A DNA stretch of 63,906 nt from the NCBI GenBank assembly GCA_034780895.1, contig JAUZTB010000118.1, forward strand, positions 55,567,942 to 55,631,847, in the 5' to 3' direction. The notes beneath the pieces were generated by a model, which was given only the letters and a program-made list of their open reading frames with translations, did not search any database and was not told where the DNA came from. Of the stretch, positions 39,436 through 52,871 are shown one piece after another. A program made the position numbers and the translations under genes. Source of the stretch: Rhynchobatus australiae. Taxonomy: Eukaryota. The first letter of the stretch is position 1. Each line of letters begins with the position of its first letter.

Positions 39436-40229
39436 CATTATTTACTGTCACTTTTTTTAAGCCTTCCAATGTAATCTTTTTTGAAATGGCAGGATTATAT
39501 TTGTTTTTTGTCTGCTTTTTCAGGCAATTTCATGATTTCAATGTATCGCAAACCTTGAACTGTTTAATTACTATCCAGTGAATGAAAATTGGATGAGACG
39601 GGAAAGTTGGATTGGAGAACTAACCCACACATTTTTCGCTCCCACTCCCCAAATTGCCAGGTTTTTATGAAGGACAAAAAACGGGCAGGCAAATCTGTGA
39701 CTTGTGTACATGTGTATAATTGGTAGCCATCCCAAAATGGTTGCAAATCAGCTGTGCTAAGTTGAGATGTGGGGCTTAGGGTTGTGCTCTTCCCAGAACC
39801 TATATTCTTTCTCATCAGTTCCTGTTGGATGTGATTGAAGCTGCTCTCTCTTCTCCAAAACACACCCCTCACCTCTCGCTATTTGCTTAGCTGATTACGC
39901 TCCCCAACTGGCCAAGGTGCATGCATGAGCCCCACATTTTATTACTGAGCGGCTATACTGCACCAACTGGTCTGCCTAGCTCCAGCCCTCCCAGGCAGCC
40001 ATTGCTTTTTGTTTTAATGGCTCGCTCTGCACTGAACCATGCAGCAGTGAGGTCACTTTAATAGTTTGGTTGTTGCAGGAGCACCAGCAGAGGTCTGAGC
40101 ACTCAACCAGGTTCCTTTACAATAGTAGTTATTCACTTATCAACAGAAATATCAACTTGAGACTTTGTAATTTTTGCAAATTGATAAAATTTAATCATTT
40201 TAAAGAGTGATCTGTGCAATTAGTGTGGA

Positions 40230-40650
40230 TAAATACATGCAGTACAAAAATTTGCCCTTCATCCCATGACGTCAGTGCTGATCTTTTTGCCTATCTATGT
40301 TGATCCTATTTGCCCATATTATTTTCTGTGCCCTTTGTAAGTGTTTTAATGCCCCATAAACATAGTAACTATATGGGCAATAGTAACTATTCCTCCATCA
40401 CCACCTCTGGCAGTGCATTCCAGATATAAACTTTTTTTTAAAAGGCCCATTCCCTTCAAATACCCTTAAAATTCTGTCCTCTCTCCTTAAACCTATGCCC
40501 TCTTGTTTTTGGTACTTGTATCTTGGGGAAAATGATTTTGACTATCTATCTATTGCACCTCAATCTTGCATACTTCTTTCTTGTTGCCCCTACACTCTGG
40601 GGTAAATAGGCTCAGCCAATCCAATCTTTTCCCATAATTAAGATTTCAAT
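40230..40650 (-). mobile_element. CR1 3' fragment
   Basis: 'ccatcaccacctctggcagtgcattccagat' (reverse of WNALP.) and 'cttaaacctatgccctcttgtttt' (reverse of KTRGHRFK). Confidence 0.65.
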
Positions 40651-40699
40651 TTTTCCAACCTTTTTGGTTTCCATTGTTTTCAAGGCATACACAACAAAT

Positions 40700-41050
40700 T
40701 ATATTTTGTATTGCATTTTTTTTGCTTCCCATAACATCTTGCACTTCACAAATGTAATTGAGCAAGATTTGTACCAAGCCATATGTGGAAATAATGGAAA
40801 TAACTGGCCTGAGGCTAGATCGAAGGGAACATCTTAAACAACACAGGCAGAGAAGCTTGAGGTGGGAATTCCAGAACTTGGAATTGAAGGCTTTAAATTC
40901 AGGAAGATTGAAACCAGAATTGCAGGAGCATGTATATCTGAGGGATCTGAAGCTGAAGGAAATTGGAAGAGGAAAATGAGGCCATGGAGGGTTTTGGGGG
41001 AATGCAAGAAGAACAAACTTTAAAATTTTAGGATTGCTTAACCCAGAATC
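40700..41050 (-). mobile_element. L2-like LINE 3' remnant
   Basis: 'gaacatcttaaa...gggaattccagaactt' motif; related remnants at ~12340-12410 (-) and ~63600-63812 (+). Confidence 0.45.
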
Positions 41051-44000
41051 AAAGTATCTTCTGTGCTGGAGTGAATATGAGTAAGTGTGAATTAGGGCAT
41101 AGTTACTGCAAATGTTTCAATTCCAGATAGTTCATCCTCTGCTCAGTTTTTAAAAAATTGTTTTTGATTTCATTCCTGTATATAAATAATTGTTGTAAGT
41201 ATTATCTACTCAACTCTTGCTAATTAGATGCAATGTAATAGCACACTATCCCATCTGTTCATGCTTGCATCTTTTTACTAACAGGTACAGTTTTCTGATT
41301 CTGTTAAGAAGCATGTCTCCAGTTGGAGAACTGAGCATTCCAAGAATCGTTTGCAAAGTGGCTTTCCTTCCCATTTTTTTAAATTGTTGGATCAAAGATC
41401 TTGGGTCTTGTGATACACTTGTGTCAGCTGTGATCTCTTCATTGACCTTAATGCCATGATTCTAAAGCAAAAATAAACCACCAGCCTCCAAGTAGTTATT
41501 AGCTACTTTTGTATAATAAATGCTGGTTGTGGTTGGCCCCTTCTTGTGTAGTTCTCTTCAGTATACCATAACTCTCTTATTTAGCAGAGGTAACAAAGTG
41601 CAGTATGAGGAAATTGTCCCTACTAACTTTGAAACAAGACAGGAAAGGCACTGGCTGAGAACCCCATTTTTCACTTGAATTTCTGAAGACGACTTCTTCT
41701 CAATATTGGCTTTCTCCTTGGTGTGCTTTGAGGTTTGATTCAAGCATTAACTTGTCTGTTATCAGATTGTAATTCCTGCAGCATTATTGGTTTCTATGTC
41801 AGTCAATATATTCAGTTGGAATTGCTTCATTTTAAGCTGATGATTCTAATTTGCTGAAGATAGCATATGTATCCAGAATTTGAAAATGCTTTTTTTTTGA
41901 TTAAAAGTGAGTTGTTCTGCCTCGCAACAGCTGCGATATGTATAAATATCTGTGCTCTAACATACCTATACTCTGCACCTGCTCATGTCTTTGAATGCCT
42001 TGGCTGTATTTTACAGCAATCCACATTTGCCTCTATTGCTTAAAAGAACCAATTAACATTTGCTCTAGTGCAGTAACAGTTACTGTGGATGGTTTTTGTT
42101 AACCAAGGTAGTACTACTTTCAACAGTTGCTTCTAATGTGTTCAACTTCAAAGGCAATATTTCTGGATAAGCACATTTTTCAATTGTTCGTGGAATCAAA
42201 TGCAGCTGGAAAACAATGTTACAGGATGACGTTGGAAATTTTAATGTTGGTTTGAAAAGATAAAGATTTATGCTTTTTACAGATAGCAAATTACATGAGC
42301 TAAATCTTTGTTCACTTGAACATATCATCACTGAATTTAAAGGTACAAATTGATGTGGTGGTGATTAGAAAAAGGGAGAGTTGAATTCTGACGACTTTGC
42401 CTTGATGTTCCCATATTTGTTCAAAATTTTTTATCAATGCTTTTGGGCATGATGGCAGATTGCCTCACTTGAAACTGTGGTCTTTTGTGTGTACCAAAAA
42501 GGTGGTTTGGCCTTATTTGACAGATGGAGTTGTCTAGAACATGCCTTGAGCAAGTGGAACAAGCAGTCAACTGAGATTGTGCCGTAAGGGCCAGAGTGGT
42601 AGCAGTGCTAGTCTCTTAATGTTTTATTGTTGTGACATTGTCAGTTATTAACTCTGGGAGATTTGATTCTAGGATTTGCTTCATCCTGATCACCCTTTCT
42701 CTTTCACCAAGTTTTATCAAGTAGACATTTCCTAGAAGGTTTGATTGTCAGATAAAGATATTTATTTGAGCTTTGACACATGCACTGTCATTGAGGATCT
42801 GAATGTTTCATTTAAAATGTCTAGTTTTGATGTTTTAGAGAAGAATTCGTATGGCCATGAGCAAAGAAGGGCAAGAGATGACGAAGCTAAATAACTAAAG
42901 CAAGAAAATAAAGTTCAGTACTGTATTTCAGAAAACCAGAGTCAAGATTGAAAAACATGAATTCACAAAACATTCTACATGAAACCAGAGTCAAAAGTAC
43001 AAATAGATTTGGAGGGATATGATGAGAGATATATGCCTTGTGTTTGAACAAGACTGGGGACCTGTAAACATTTTTCACAAAAGACAAGTAGATGATTCTC
43101 TGTGAAAGATTCTGTCACTGCACTCAGATATTTGGATTTGACGATATCCAAGGGAGTTGGCTTGAGGCATTCAGGTGCATTGAGTTGAGAAGCAGAAAGG
43201 AATATGGTTTAGTTCTTTGAGAAATTTCCAGTAAGGGCACAGTGTACCATGCATGTTTGCCAAAATGACACAGTTAACAAACTACACTGGAATTATTTTT
43301 GGGCTTATAAAGACTAAGGTTATTTTCAAGTTATTGAAGGGAAATGTTTTTTCATTTCTTCAATGTTGGGTGAGAAACTGGAAGGATATCGTTTCGTACA
43401 TATTTGGGATGCATTGCCACAGGAAGGGCTTGAGGCAGAAAATTAAGCTGAGTGAGATGATGCATCAAATCTTGGGCTTCATTTGGTAGGGAAAGAGCTG
43501 ACACAAACATAGACTAAACCCCCATTCACTGATATTGTGCTGCATAAATCACAAAGGAAATCCAAATATTATGAGAATAGATTAAACTGATTTCCTTTAT
43601 CCTTCTTATTAATCATGCGACTGAGTTATGCTATGCAACTTTCATTTGTCACTGAAGCATTCCAGTTGTTTATGTGATCATAGCCTTTGGTTTCACTTGG
43701 TGTGCTGATAATCCTTTGGAATCTCACTGAGAATGGTAAAGCATATTTGTTGGCACTGAATGATAAGTAGTATCAGTTTTGCATGCCACAACGTTAATGC
43801 ATTTATTTATCAAGTCTGAGGTTTCTTTTTGAAATGAAGGAGTTTCCTGCAGTTCATTTGTTCAAGCCATCACAAGGTTGAGATGTACTATAACAGCAAA
43901 GGGAAGAAATTGTTTCGGGGAAGCTTCAAGATTATTCTGACCTTTTTACTTAGTTCTGCTAACTGAGAATTAGCCCCTCAACAGACACTGAATTAAGCCA

Positions 44001-44499
44001 TTTAAAACATTATAGTGGTAGCATGTTTAAAGATTTGAACTACTTGAATGCTGCCACCATCAGAAGTTAATGACTGTTACATAACCAATGAGCAAACCTT
44101 GCTTGGGATAATAGTTTGTTGAAGATAGTACCTGAAGGCTGGAAGGTGAAAATATTTGGGGATTCACACATTGTTGCCCATCTTGTGTTGCAGCTAGGCA
44201 AGCAGTGGGTGCTGAAGCTTGTACTTTTGTGATGAGGGTAATGCTGGAAAGCTCCCCCACCCCAAGTTGACCTTGACTAATGCTGTTCATCATGTTATTT
44301 GTGGGTAGTTTCACTGTTATTCATCTAATGTGTAGGTATGACTTTCCTTGGATTATCTGGGTAGGGTGAGGGGAAAAGTTGAGTATGTTTAAGATGGCTT
44401 TGGGGCGATATGCCTGGTGGTGGATCACAATCAAGTGTAATTCTTTTATTCAAAAAGGTAAGGAAATAAGAAGGAGGTGGCTACAGCTAGTGAAGCTAC

Positions 44500-45730
44500 T
44501 ATTAAGGTATTGGGTGGAGTTGGCATAGCTTTGTGAAAGGGAAATCCTGTTCAGCCAATTTATTTGCATAATATGCTGTGGTTGATGGGCAAAGATAGGA
44601 TGTAGGATATAAATACCTAAGCTTCCAGAAGGCATTTGATAAGGTGCTGCATCAAAGGTTATTGGAGAAAATAAAAGCTCATGTTGTAGTAGGAGGTAGT
44701 GTATGATGCAAAGGGTAACAGCTTTGCTGGTTAATGGGAAACATTAGCAACAAATAGTTGTTCTTGTGACTTACAAGTGGTGTGCCACAGGGATCTGTTT
44801 TTATTAAAATCTCATTACAATTTTTAATATAATTTTGGTATTGAAGATATGGTTGCTAAATTTACTGATGTCACAAAGATGGAAAGGAAAGTAACTTTTG
44901 AAGAGGACATGAGGATACCAAGGGACTTAAATTGAGTGGGCAAATGTGAAATTTTCCACTTTGGTAGGGAAAATAAAAATCATGGGACTGCAGAGCTCTG
45001 AGATTTATGATTCACTAAAGGCTAGAAAGTGAGTTGATCAAGTAATTATGGAAGCTAATGTTGTTATTGCTTCTTGCTGGAGGAATTCAAAAGTAAGATG
45101 AATATCAAAAGATTGCAAGTGCTGAAAGTCTGAAATAAAATTCTGAAGGGTCTTTGACCTCAAATGTTAACTTTCTTCTTTCTCAGGTGCTGTCTAACCT
45201 GAGTGTTTTCTGTTATAAAATTAAGGAGGTTATATTTTGGTTATGCAGGGTATTGGTGAGTCCACATCCAGAGAACTTACCGTATTGGTCTCAAAGGAAA
45301 AAAGTTTTGTTGAAAGCAGTTCAGAAAATATCTGGAATGGGCTAGTTGTCTTGAGGAAAAATTGGACAGGCTGCCCTGGTGATTTGAAGATGAAAGAGAA
45401 TTTAGTTAGAATGTAAAAGATCCTGAGGGGACCTCAACAAAGAGGGTGTTACCTCTTGTGGGAGAATTTAGAACTTGGTGTTGCCAGTTTAAGACACACA
45501 GATGAGGCGGAATGCTTTTGAGGATTGAGTCTTTGGAATTTCCTAGCAACACTGAGTCCTTGAATACTTCTAAGGCCAAAGTAGAAAGATTCTTAGTGAG
45601 CAAGGAGATGAAACATTTCCACCGGTGGACAAGACTGTGGAGTGGAAATTATAATCAGAGCAGCTGCAATCTTATTAAATACCAGGGCATACTTGAGGGG
45701 CTAAATGATGTAATCTTGCTAATTCATGTG
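44500..45730 (+). mobile_element. Decayed CR1 LINE (RT to 3' end) with a nested PLE-tail piece at ~45100-45215
   Basis: Remnants HSFVKGKSCSANL, FQKAFDKVLHQRLLEKIKAH, TSGVPQGSV, VAKFTDVTK and FKAKVERFLVSK. Confidence 0.85.
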
Positions 45731-46174
45731 TTTGTATGTCATCCCACTTTTAGCATTAGATAACAGAACTAAACAGATCTGTGGTACTTCAGGTACAAAC
45801 AAAACTTGGAAAGGTAAATACTTTAAAATAATTGAGATTCTGCCACTTGGCAGTAGATAAGGCATTATTTCATAAAACTAACTAACGATATGGTAATGGC
45901 TGCACGAACCAGAGTGTATACCAGTACGTTTGCACTACCAAGATATTATTGTTTAAACTGTGAAAACTCCAGCAGTACACCTCTCCCAAAGCACTATTCC
46001 AATCTGCCAACATATCCATGTTCTGATAATCAAATGGATGGGTCTTCTCTCTATTAAATCTATCAAAAAAAATCCATAATATCTTGCATACCAGGTTGCC
46101 TTTTAGTAGATTCATTAAATTCAGATCTCTTTTCAGGCTTGGTACTTTCAATATAAATTGATTTTCTGCTGTCA

Positions 46175-46506
46175 CAGGTCCTCACCAGGTTATGACAAAT
46201 TTCTGTTCCTGAGAATTTTTCATAANNNNNNNNNNNNNNNNNNNNNNNNNNNNNNNNNNNNNNNNNNNNNNNNNNNNNNNNNNNNNNNNNNNNNNNNNNN
46301 NNNNNNNNNNNNNNNNNNNNNNNNNTGAGAATTTTTCATAACCCAAACAGTTCGCAAGTCAGAAATGCAGCTGCAAACAGAGTTCCCACACAGAGGATGC
46401 CTGTAGCCCCACAGCAGCCAGGAAATCCATCCTGCTGTTCTCCCAAACATGCACTCAGTGTATGGGTTATACATAAGTTGGGCATTCATAAGCTGGACAA
46501 GACCTG
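46175..46506. mobile_element. Tc1/mariner (Tigger/pogo-like) MITE
   Basis: Imperfect TIRs CAGGTCCTCACCAGGTTATGA and TCATAAGCTGGACAAGACCTG, followed by TA (left flank is CA). The internal 100-N gap has duplicated flanks. Confidence 0.7.
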
Positions 46507-47469
46507 TATTTTAAATATTCGCCCACTCTTCAAAAAAAATACCTCCAAATCTCCTTTTGGTTTGGTGGTTCTAGTTTGTTTAACATGCTCAGTGGAAATA
46601 GAGGTTGCCTACTTGAAGTTGGGAATTTACATTGTGCAAAATATTTTTAGCAACTATCTAAATTGAAGGCAAGTGAAAGTTGCATTTACTCACTGTGCCC
46701 AAAACTGATCTGGCATTTATGGCACTACATCAAAGTATGTAGATTATGTAACTGCTAATGTTTGATAAGGTTCCCTGTGTTTTTTTTTGATGTCACTTAT
46801 TGGTGGTTGGACTTTTTTTTTGGGAGTGTGTTCTGCATTCTGTTTCATGTCTGTGGGCCTATCCAGTCTTTAGAATGTGATTCAGTGTCATTTAATGACA
46901 GCATGGTTGGTGCAATGGACTTATTTTTAAAAATCCTAGGAATGTGAATGCTACTGCTAAGATGATCCTCCAAGGCCCAACCCTACTCTCTCAGGACAAC
47001 TATGGATAGAAGTCCACGTAATCAAGAATGCTGCTAAGTAGAGTTTCAAGATTTTTGATCCAATGACATGAAGGAACAAAGATCTCTTTGGAAGTGAGAT
47101 TTGACCTGGAGATGTGTTAATCCAAACATGCAAATTTTGGTGAGCCGCTATGGTGCATTACAGTGAATAGTGAGCATTGACCATTACATACAACTGTATC
47201 CATTCAAGAAAAAGCAAAGAATTCTATCAGTTAGCTGCATGAATTAAATAACCTCCTTGAGACATGACCACTTACCAAAGAATATCTAGCTGCCAAACTA
47301 CAGTAGACATTGTATTTTTACAGTTGATCGAGTTGAGTTTCTGGTCAGTGGTGTACTAACCCCACCCTATCCAAAACCAGAGATGAGGGTGACATGATTG
47401 AAAGTAATGGGAAGGTAGTGATTATTATTTTCCAGTTTTGTTAGGCTCTGTTCTGAGTTAGAAAACTAT

Positions 47470-47800
47470 GGATTCTAGTTTCATGCTGGAAATTTGAGCA
47501 TAAAATTCTGGACTGTGACAGAAGCTTGATTGTTCAAGGTGCTATCTGTTCTCAAATGGATGTAAATGATACCATGGTACTTTAGACGATGATCTGTGGT
47601 GCCCTAACTGATTTATTTCTCCCTTGATCAATGTTGCTAAAATAGGTTATCTGATTCCTCATCACTGTTTATTGGGAGCTTTGCATGTAGAAATGGAATG
47701 CTGCATTTCCTACTTGTGACAACCTTTCAAAAAGAGTTTTGTTGTAAAACAGTTTGGGATGTCTTGAAAGAAACATGAAGAGCACAGCATAAATATCTTT
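47470..47800 (+). mobile_element. Deu-domain SINE (SacSINE1/AmnSINE1-like)
   Basis: 'ggatgtaaatgataccatggtact...gttatctgatt...ctgtttattgggagctttgc...gctgcatttcctac...tttgggatgtcttga' follows the Deu domain plus tail layout. Confidence 0.7.
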
Positions 47801-48826
47801 TTGTTGCTGTTCCTATATATTATCCAGTTCTAGCAGGTGAGTACCAACTGATTAATCTGAATTCTGAATGGAGCTAACATCAAACATCAAATTGGATGCA
47901 CACCCTTGTGTGTTTTGTCGTAGCCTAGAGATAGTCCTCTGAGGACTGAGGAGCTCTGGCAGTTCTATCTTAGGATTGAGATGATTGACCTACAACAGCC
48001 ATAACTACCTTCCTTTGTGCTGGAGTCTCCTTCTTCTGCCTTCTGGTTGGCATTAATTTCTATTTCCTTTGTTCCACATTCAATTGAATACTCCTTAATG
48101 TCACAAGCAGCAACTCTGACTCTGCTTTTGGAATTGAGCTTACTGTTCTTGGAGTATAGATTATTGTCCTTGAAGGGTCAATCATATTGAAAGATTCAAC
48201 CTAATGGTGGGGTAGGTCATAACATTTATAAAATACACTGTAGTAATATAAAGAATTTGTAGTAAATTTTAAGGATCTGGTTGAAAATGTACAGTCTGTT
48301 TGAAATAAATGTAATGTGGTGTAGAGGCATAATACAATGCCCATTGAATAAGAGCTAAGAAATGCATAAAGGTTTTCTTTGAAAATAATGTAGCAAGATA
48401 ACAATTTTTTTCCATTATTCCAGTTCTTTTAAAAAAAAGTATCTCATTCTATAATGAATGCTTTTGTTATGCTCCCAAATTAAGTCAGTGCTGAATAAAA
48501 TGAAATGAAGTTTCAAAGGTTTTTTCAGTAATATGTCCTGCAGAGGATATCTTGATAAAAGGAGGCTTTCATGTCATTATCAATCTGCCATATCTTAGAT
48601 TGATGTTAAAAGGGCATTTGAAAGACTGCTTATTCAAATGTGATTAATGAAGGCCATATGCCGGTCAGATTTTTCTGGTAGTTGAAAATCTTCAAGAATA
48701 ATTGCCTCCTTGCTTTAGAGGTTTTTTGAAGGGTAGGACAATAAAGTAATGTTAACCTAGTCCTGTGTTATAGATTAATCTGCTTTAATAATTTCAGTAC
48801 AGATTCTGCCCTGGTTCATGTCATTT

Positions 48827-48937
48827 AGGGCAGCAGAATGGTGCAGATAGGAGAGCTGTTGCCTCACAGCTCCAGCATCCCATATTCAATTTTGACTTCT
48901 AGTGCTGTCTGGGTGGAGTTTGCATGTTCTCTGTGAT
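48827..48937 (+). mobile_element. tRNA-derived SINE head fragment
   Basis: 'gctgttgcctcacagctccagc...gtgctgtctgggtggagtttgcatgttctc'. Confidence 0.7.
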
Positions 48938-48979
48938 TTGTATGATCTCAGTTGCAACAAAACCAGTAGTAAATTTTTA

Positions 48980-49440
48980 TTTCATTTTCTTGATGTTGGT
49001 GTCATTGGTAAGAGCAGCATTTATTGTCTATCTAATTGCCCTGGAGAAGGTGAAGAGCCACTGCCTTGATCTGCTCTAACCCTTCTAATGCCATAATACT
49101 GTGGGGTAGGGAGTTCCTGGATTTAAATTCAGCAATGAAGGAAGAGTGATATATTGACAAGTTTGGGTGGTGTACATCTTGGGGAACTTGTAGATGATGG
49201 TATTCCCATGTGCCTGCTGCTCTTGGTCCTCCAAGGCATCAATTTGGGAGGTGCAGTTAAAGTAGACTGTGATTAACTATTGTGCATTTTGTAGATGTGC
49301 ATGCTGCAACTACAGTGCATCAGTGGGGGAAGAAATGGGTGTTCCTGGAGGTCAATGCGGCATCAGTCAATCGGGCTGGTTTGCTCAAGTGGGTGAGAGT
49401 GAAATCAATGTAGTTGAGCTTTTGGATTGTCTCAGTTTCC
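48980..49440 (-). mobile_element. Non-LTR retrotransposon 3' remnant, clade uncertain
   Basis: 'cagcatttattgtctatctaattgccctggagaaggtg...gggagttcctggattt' reads as the reverse complement of a LINE C-terminus (WNSLP) and 3' UTR. Confidence 0.5.
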
Positions 49441-50989
49441 CAGGATATTAAGTTCCAGTCATAAAACTATAGATATTGTGAAATAGTGAAACTGTCCAGA
49501 AAACTTTTCATTGGGTCATTATACAGTCAGCGCATGATACAAGCCAGATAGCTGTAAATTCACACTGAGAGGTTCACACCAAGATATTTGGTGATAGTCT
49601 CCCATTACACTGGTCAGAAATGTCTGCCTAGATTATTTGGTGACCAAGAAAACTCTCCATAGCCATACTTCATGACTGCACTTTGAAAATATTAATTGAA
49701 ATTTCAATAAGTGCTTAACTAGATTGCCCATGATTCTGAATTCAAGCACCCCGGGTCGTACTTGATTGCTATAGAACAGGAGCAGATGGTATTCATAACT
49801 TTAATGAGGGGTTTCCTCTTTTTTTCTGATTTTCTGTAGGGTTTCTGGTTCAGTGGTTGGAAGGAGGTTCTTAAAAAAAAAACAGCACGTGAAGTTGTCT
49901 TGTTGGAATCCTTTCATTTTAATGTTTGTGAGCTACTCTCCTGAGTACCTTATCACTTCTGCTGAAGGTATTTTACTAAATTATAGAACACCTGCTGCTA
50001 TTGCTGTGCCAATCAATAGCAGCTCAGTAAAGTGGATGCTATAGTTTCAGAAATGTGAGAATTGCCTGTCACCTTTTTAGTTTTATCAGCCAAAGAATTT
50101 TCTCTTGCTTACCAGCCACTGGAATGTGACAGCATCACTCAGCCAGCCATGCTGCAGGAAAACTGGACTGGATTCAGTTTTTCTTCTGGAAAAGAAATGG
50201 AGGAAAATCTTGTGTCTGTGTAGTACACTTTGAACTTTATGAAATTAATATGTAGTGTGGTGTATTATGCATAGTTATTTTTAGACAGTTAAGAAATATT
50301 ACATCATAGCTTGGGGATGGCTTGAGAATTGAAGCTGCCTTAAACCAGTTGCTTTTTTGTTGCTTTGTGTACTGTGACCTGACATCTAATACTGTAATTG
50401 AGTTGGTTGTTACTATCATTGTAATGACACTAGGCAAGTCTTTTTTTCCTCTTCCTTGGCTCATTTAAAAAGAAAGTTGAAAACATGCAAATTATACGGC
50501 CCTCAGTTTAAAATCAGTCCTTGATTTTCTAAGCCTAGGAATGGCATAATTCCTGTTTTTCTAAAAAAAAATTGGACCAGAGCTGGTATTCAGGTAACAG
50601 CTTTTAATCTGTGTATTATTTTTCAAGGTATATTTGTAACATTACTGATAACATTGCAAAGTGTACTGTCAGCACACATGAAGTTCAGTTTGATATCGAT
50701 TAGCTATCAGCAGACAAATGTGTTTTCACAGTTTAACTTGTTTTACATGAACACAAGTTAATGAAAGGAGTAGGACCATTTTCAGAATGTGCTTTGGTAA
50801 AAGAACAAAAGACCATCATTGAACAAAATGGAATTTTCCAGTAAAATTAGAATGCCTTCTGGTCTTGCATTTACATGTTGGAACGTTATAGTAAAAGCCT
50901 TGTGATGCTATTTTCANNNNTTCACCTATAGATTTTTTTTTTGTCTTAGCTTTTGCAGTAGAGAAAATAAGGCTGGAAAGGTTGAAAGG

Positions 50990-51181
50990 AGAAACAAAGA
51001 ACTGTAGATGCTGGAATCTAGATGAAAAACACTATGATGCTGAAGGAACTCTCCAGGCCAGGCACCATCTGTGGAGAAAAGCAGATGTTCAGCGTTTCGG
51101 GTCAGGACCTTCAGGGTCTGAAGAACCCTGGGTTCTGTGTCCTGAAGAAGAGTCCTGACCAGATACGTTGACTTCTCCATG
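50990..51181. mobile_element. Penelope-tail-derived fold-back element
   Basis: The PLE tail is present in both orientations around a central palindrome AGAACCC-T-GGGTTCT (51122-51136). Confidence 0.75.
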
Positions 51182-52566
51182 TCAGATAACTAAAATTATT
51201 TAAGCGGTGACACAAATGCAGGTCAAGGAATAGAGGGGAAAAAATTTCTGATCTTGTGGTCCTTGGAATCTAAAATTTCAGTTTTGGGGGAGGAAATTGT
51301 TTGACAATGATCCCTTTAAACCTGAAAATCATTCCCTTCAGGAAGACAAAATTTTGGATGGGAAGCTGGTCCTGTGTCTCAAGTATATTTTTTAAAAATT
51401 GTGCTGCACACTCTTGGGGAATTTTTGATTCCTGTATAGTAAATTGCATGGTTGCCTTTGAACCTTTTTTTATTCATATTTTAAAAAAAATTGTCTAGCC
51501 TGAACCTAACATGTTTGCCCCAGTTTAAAGCTGAATCTTTCTGTTCACTGTTAGCCCACCATCATTACTCTCTCAGGGAGTTGGTAACATTTCTAAATGA
51601 GTTGTATGTCTGTGGGGATATGTTGGTTTAGATATGAAATATTAGGATACTGATATTCATGGGATAGTGCATTTTTTGATTANNNNNNNNNNNNNNNNNN
51701 NNNNNNNNNNNNNNNNNNNNNNNNNNNNNNNNNNNNNNNNNNNNNNNNNNNNNNNNNNNNNNNNNNNNNNNNNNNNNNNNNNNNNNNNNNNNNNNNNNNN
51801 NNNNNNNNNNNNNNNNNNNNNNNNNNNNNNNNNNNNNNNNNNNNNNNNNNNNNNNNNNNNNNNNNNNNNNNNNNNNNNNNNNNNNNNNNNNNNNNNNNNN
51901 NNNNNNNNNNNNNNNNNNNNNNNNNNNNNNNNNNNNNNNNNNNNNNNNNNNNNNNNNNNNNNNNNNNNNNNNNNNNNNNNNNNNNNNNNNNNNNNNNNNN
52001 NNNNNNNNNNNNNNNNNNNNNNNNNNNNNNNNNNNNNNNNNNNNNNNNNNNNNNNNNNNNNNNNNNNNNNNNNNNNNNNNNNNNNNNNNNNNNNNNNAGG
52101 TCGAATAACATTCTTTTAATTTTATGCCTCCGGATAATAAAATTGCTAAATATGCTTCACATTAAGAGATGAAAAATACATATCGGTAGGAGATTCAAAA
52201 TGAGTTCTGGATATTTTTGCTTATGACACAGAAAATTGTCGTCTTGACATTAGGAAAGGATTATATTAATATGTAATCTTATTTGCAATTTTTTAAATAG
52301 TATTCGAATTGTGGATCAAAGGTTTGATTAAACACTAATCTACCCTAGACAAAGCCTTCACCTACCTGCCATAACTAATATTAGTATTTGTTTAAATGGT
52401 GACTTTGTATGATTTTGCATTTTTTTGTAGATGATATTTAATTTGGTAAAATGAAGACTGAAACAGTGGTCAGCTGTTTTGGATAAGTATTGGTACTTCT
52501 GGGATTTTTTTTCAGGAAAATGGTTGAAGTTAAAACTTACACTCATTTAACTTGGATTCTTTTCAG

Positions 52567-52674
52567 GTTATGAGCCTGGTATCTGGATTTGGGCCTTTGA
52601 TTACTGCAGGAATCTTTTCAGCTACATTGTCTTCTGCCCTGGCCTCATTAGTGAGTGCTCCTAAAATATTCCAG
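52567..52674 (+). CDS. SLC12A2: SLC12A2 exon 11 equivalent (TM8), 108 nt, phase 0/0
   Basis: cttttcag|GTT ATG AGC...TTC CAG|gtatgt; encodes [36 protein letters not shown]. Confidence 0.97.
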
Positions 52675-52871
52675 GTATGTGTATAATTCCAAATGTTTAG
52701 AAAGCTGTAAAATGTTTTGGCCAAGCTTCCTTTGGCAGTTTATAAATAGTAGCTCTACGTAAAGGTGGTAGGAAAAATAGTCAATTGAAGGGGTCAGTGC
52801 AGAAAAGAAGGAAAATGACTGGCAGGCAAATTTTCTTTCAGAAAGATTGTACTTGTTGAACCTGAAATGTT

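Noticed and set aside
49810-49945. Strong pyrimidine tract and acceptor (ttttctgtag|GGT TTC TGG..) as a cryptic exon in intron 10
   Set aside because: There is no convincing frame-preserving donor before the in-frame TGA and no recognisable peptide.
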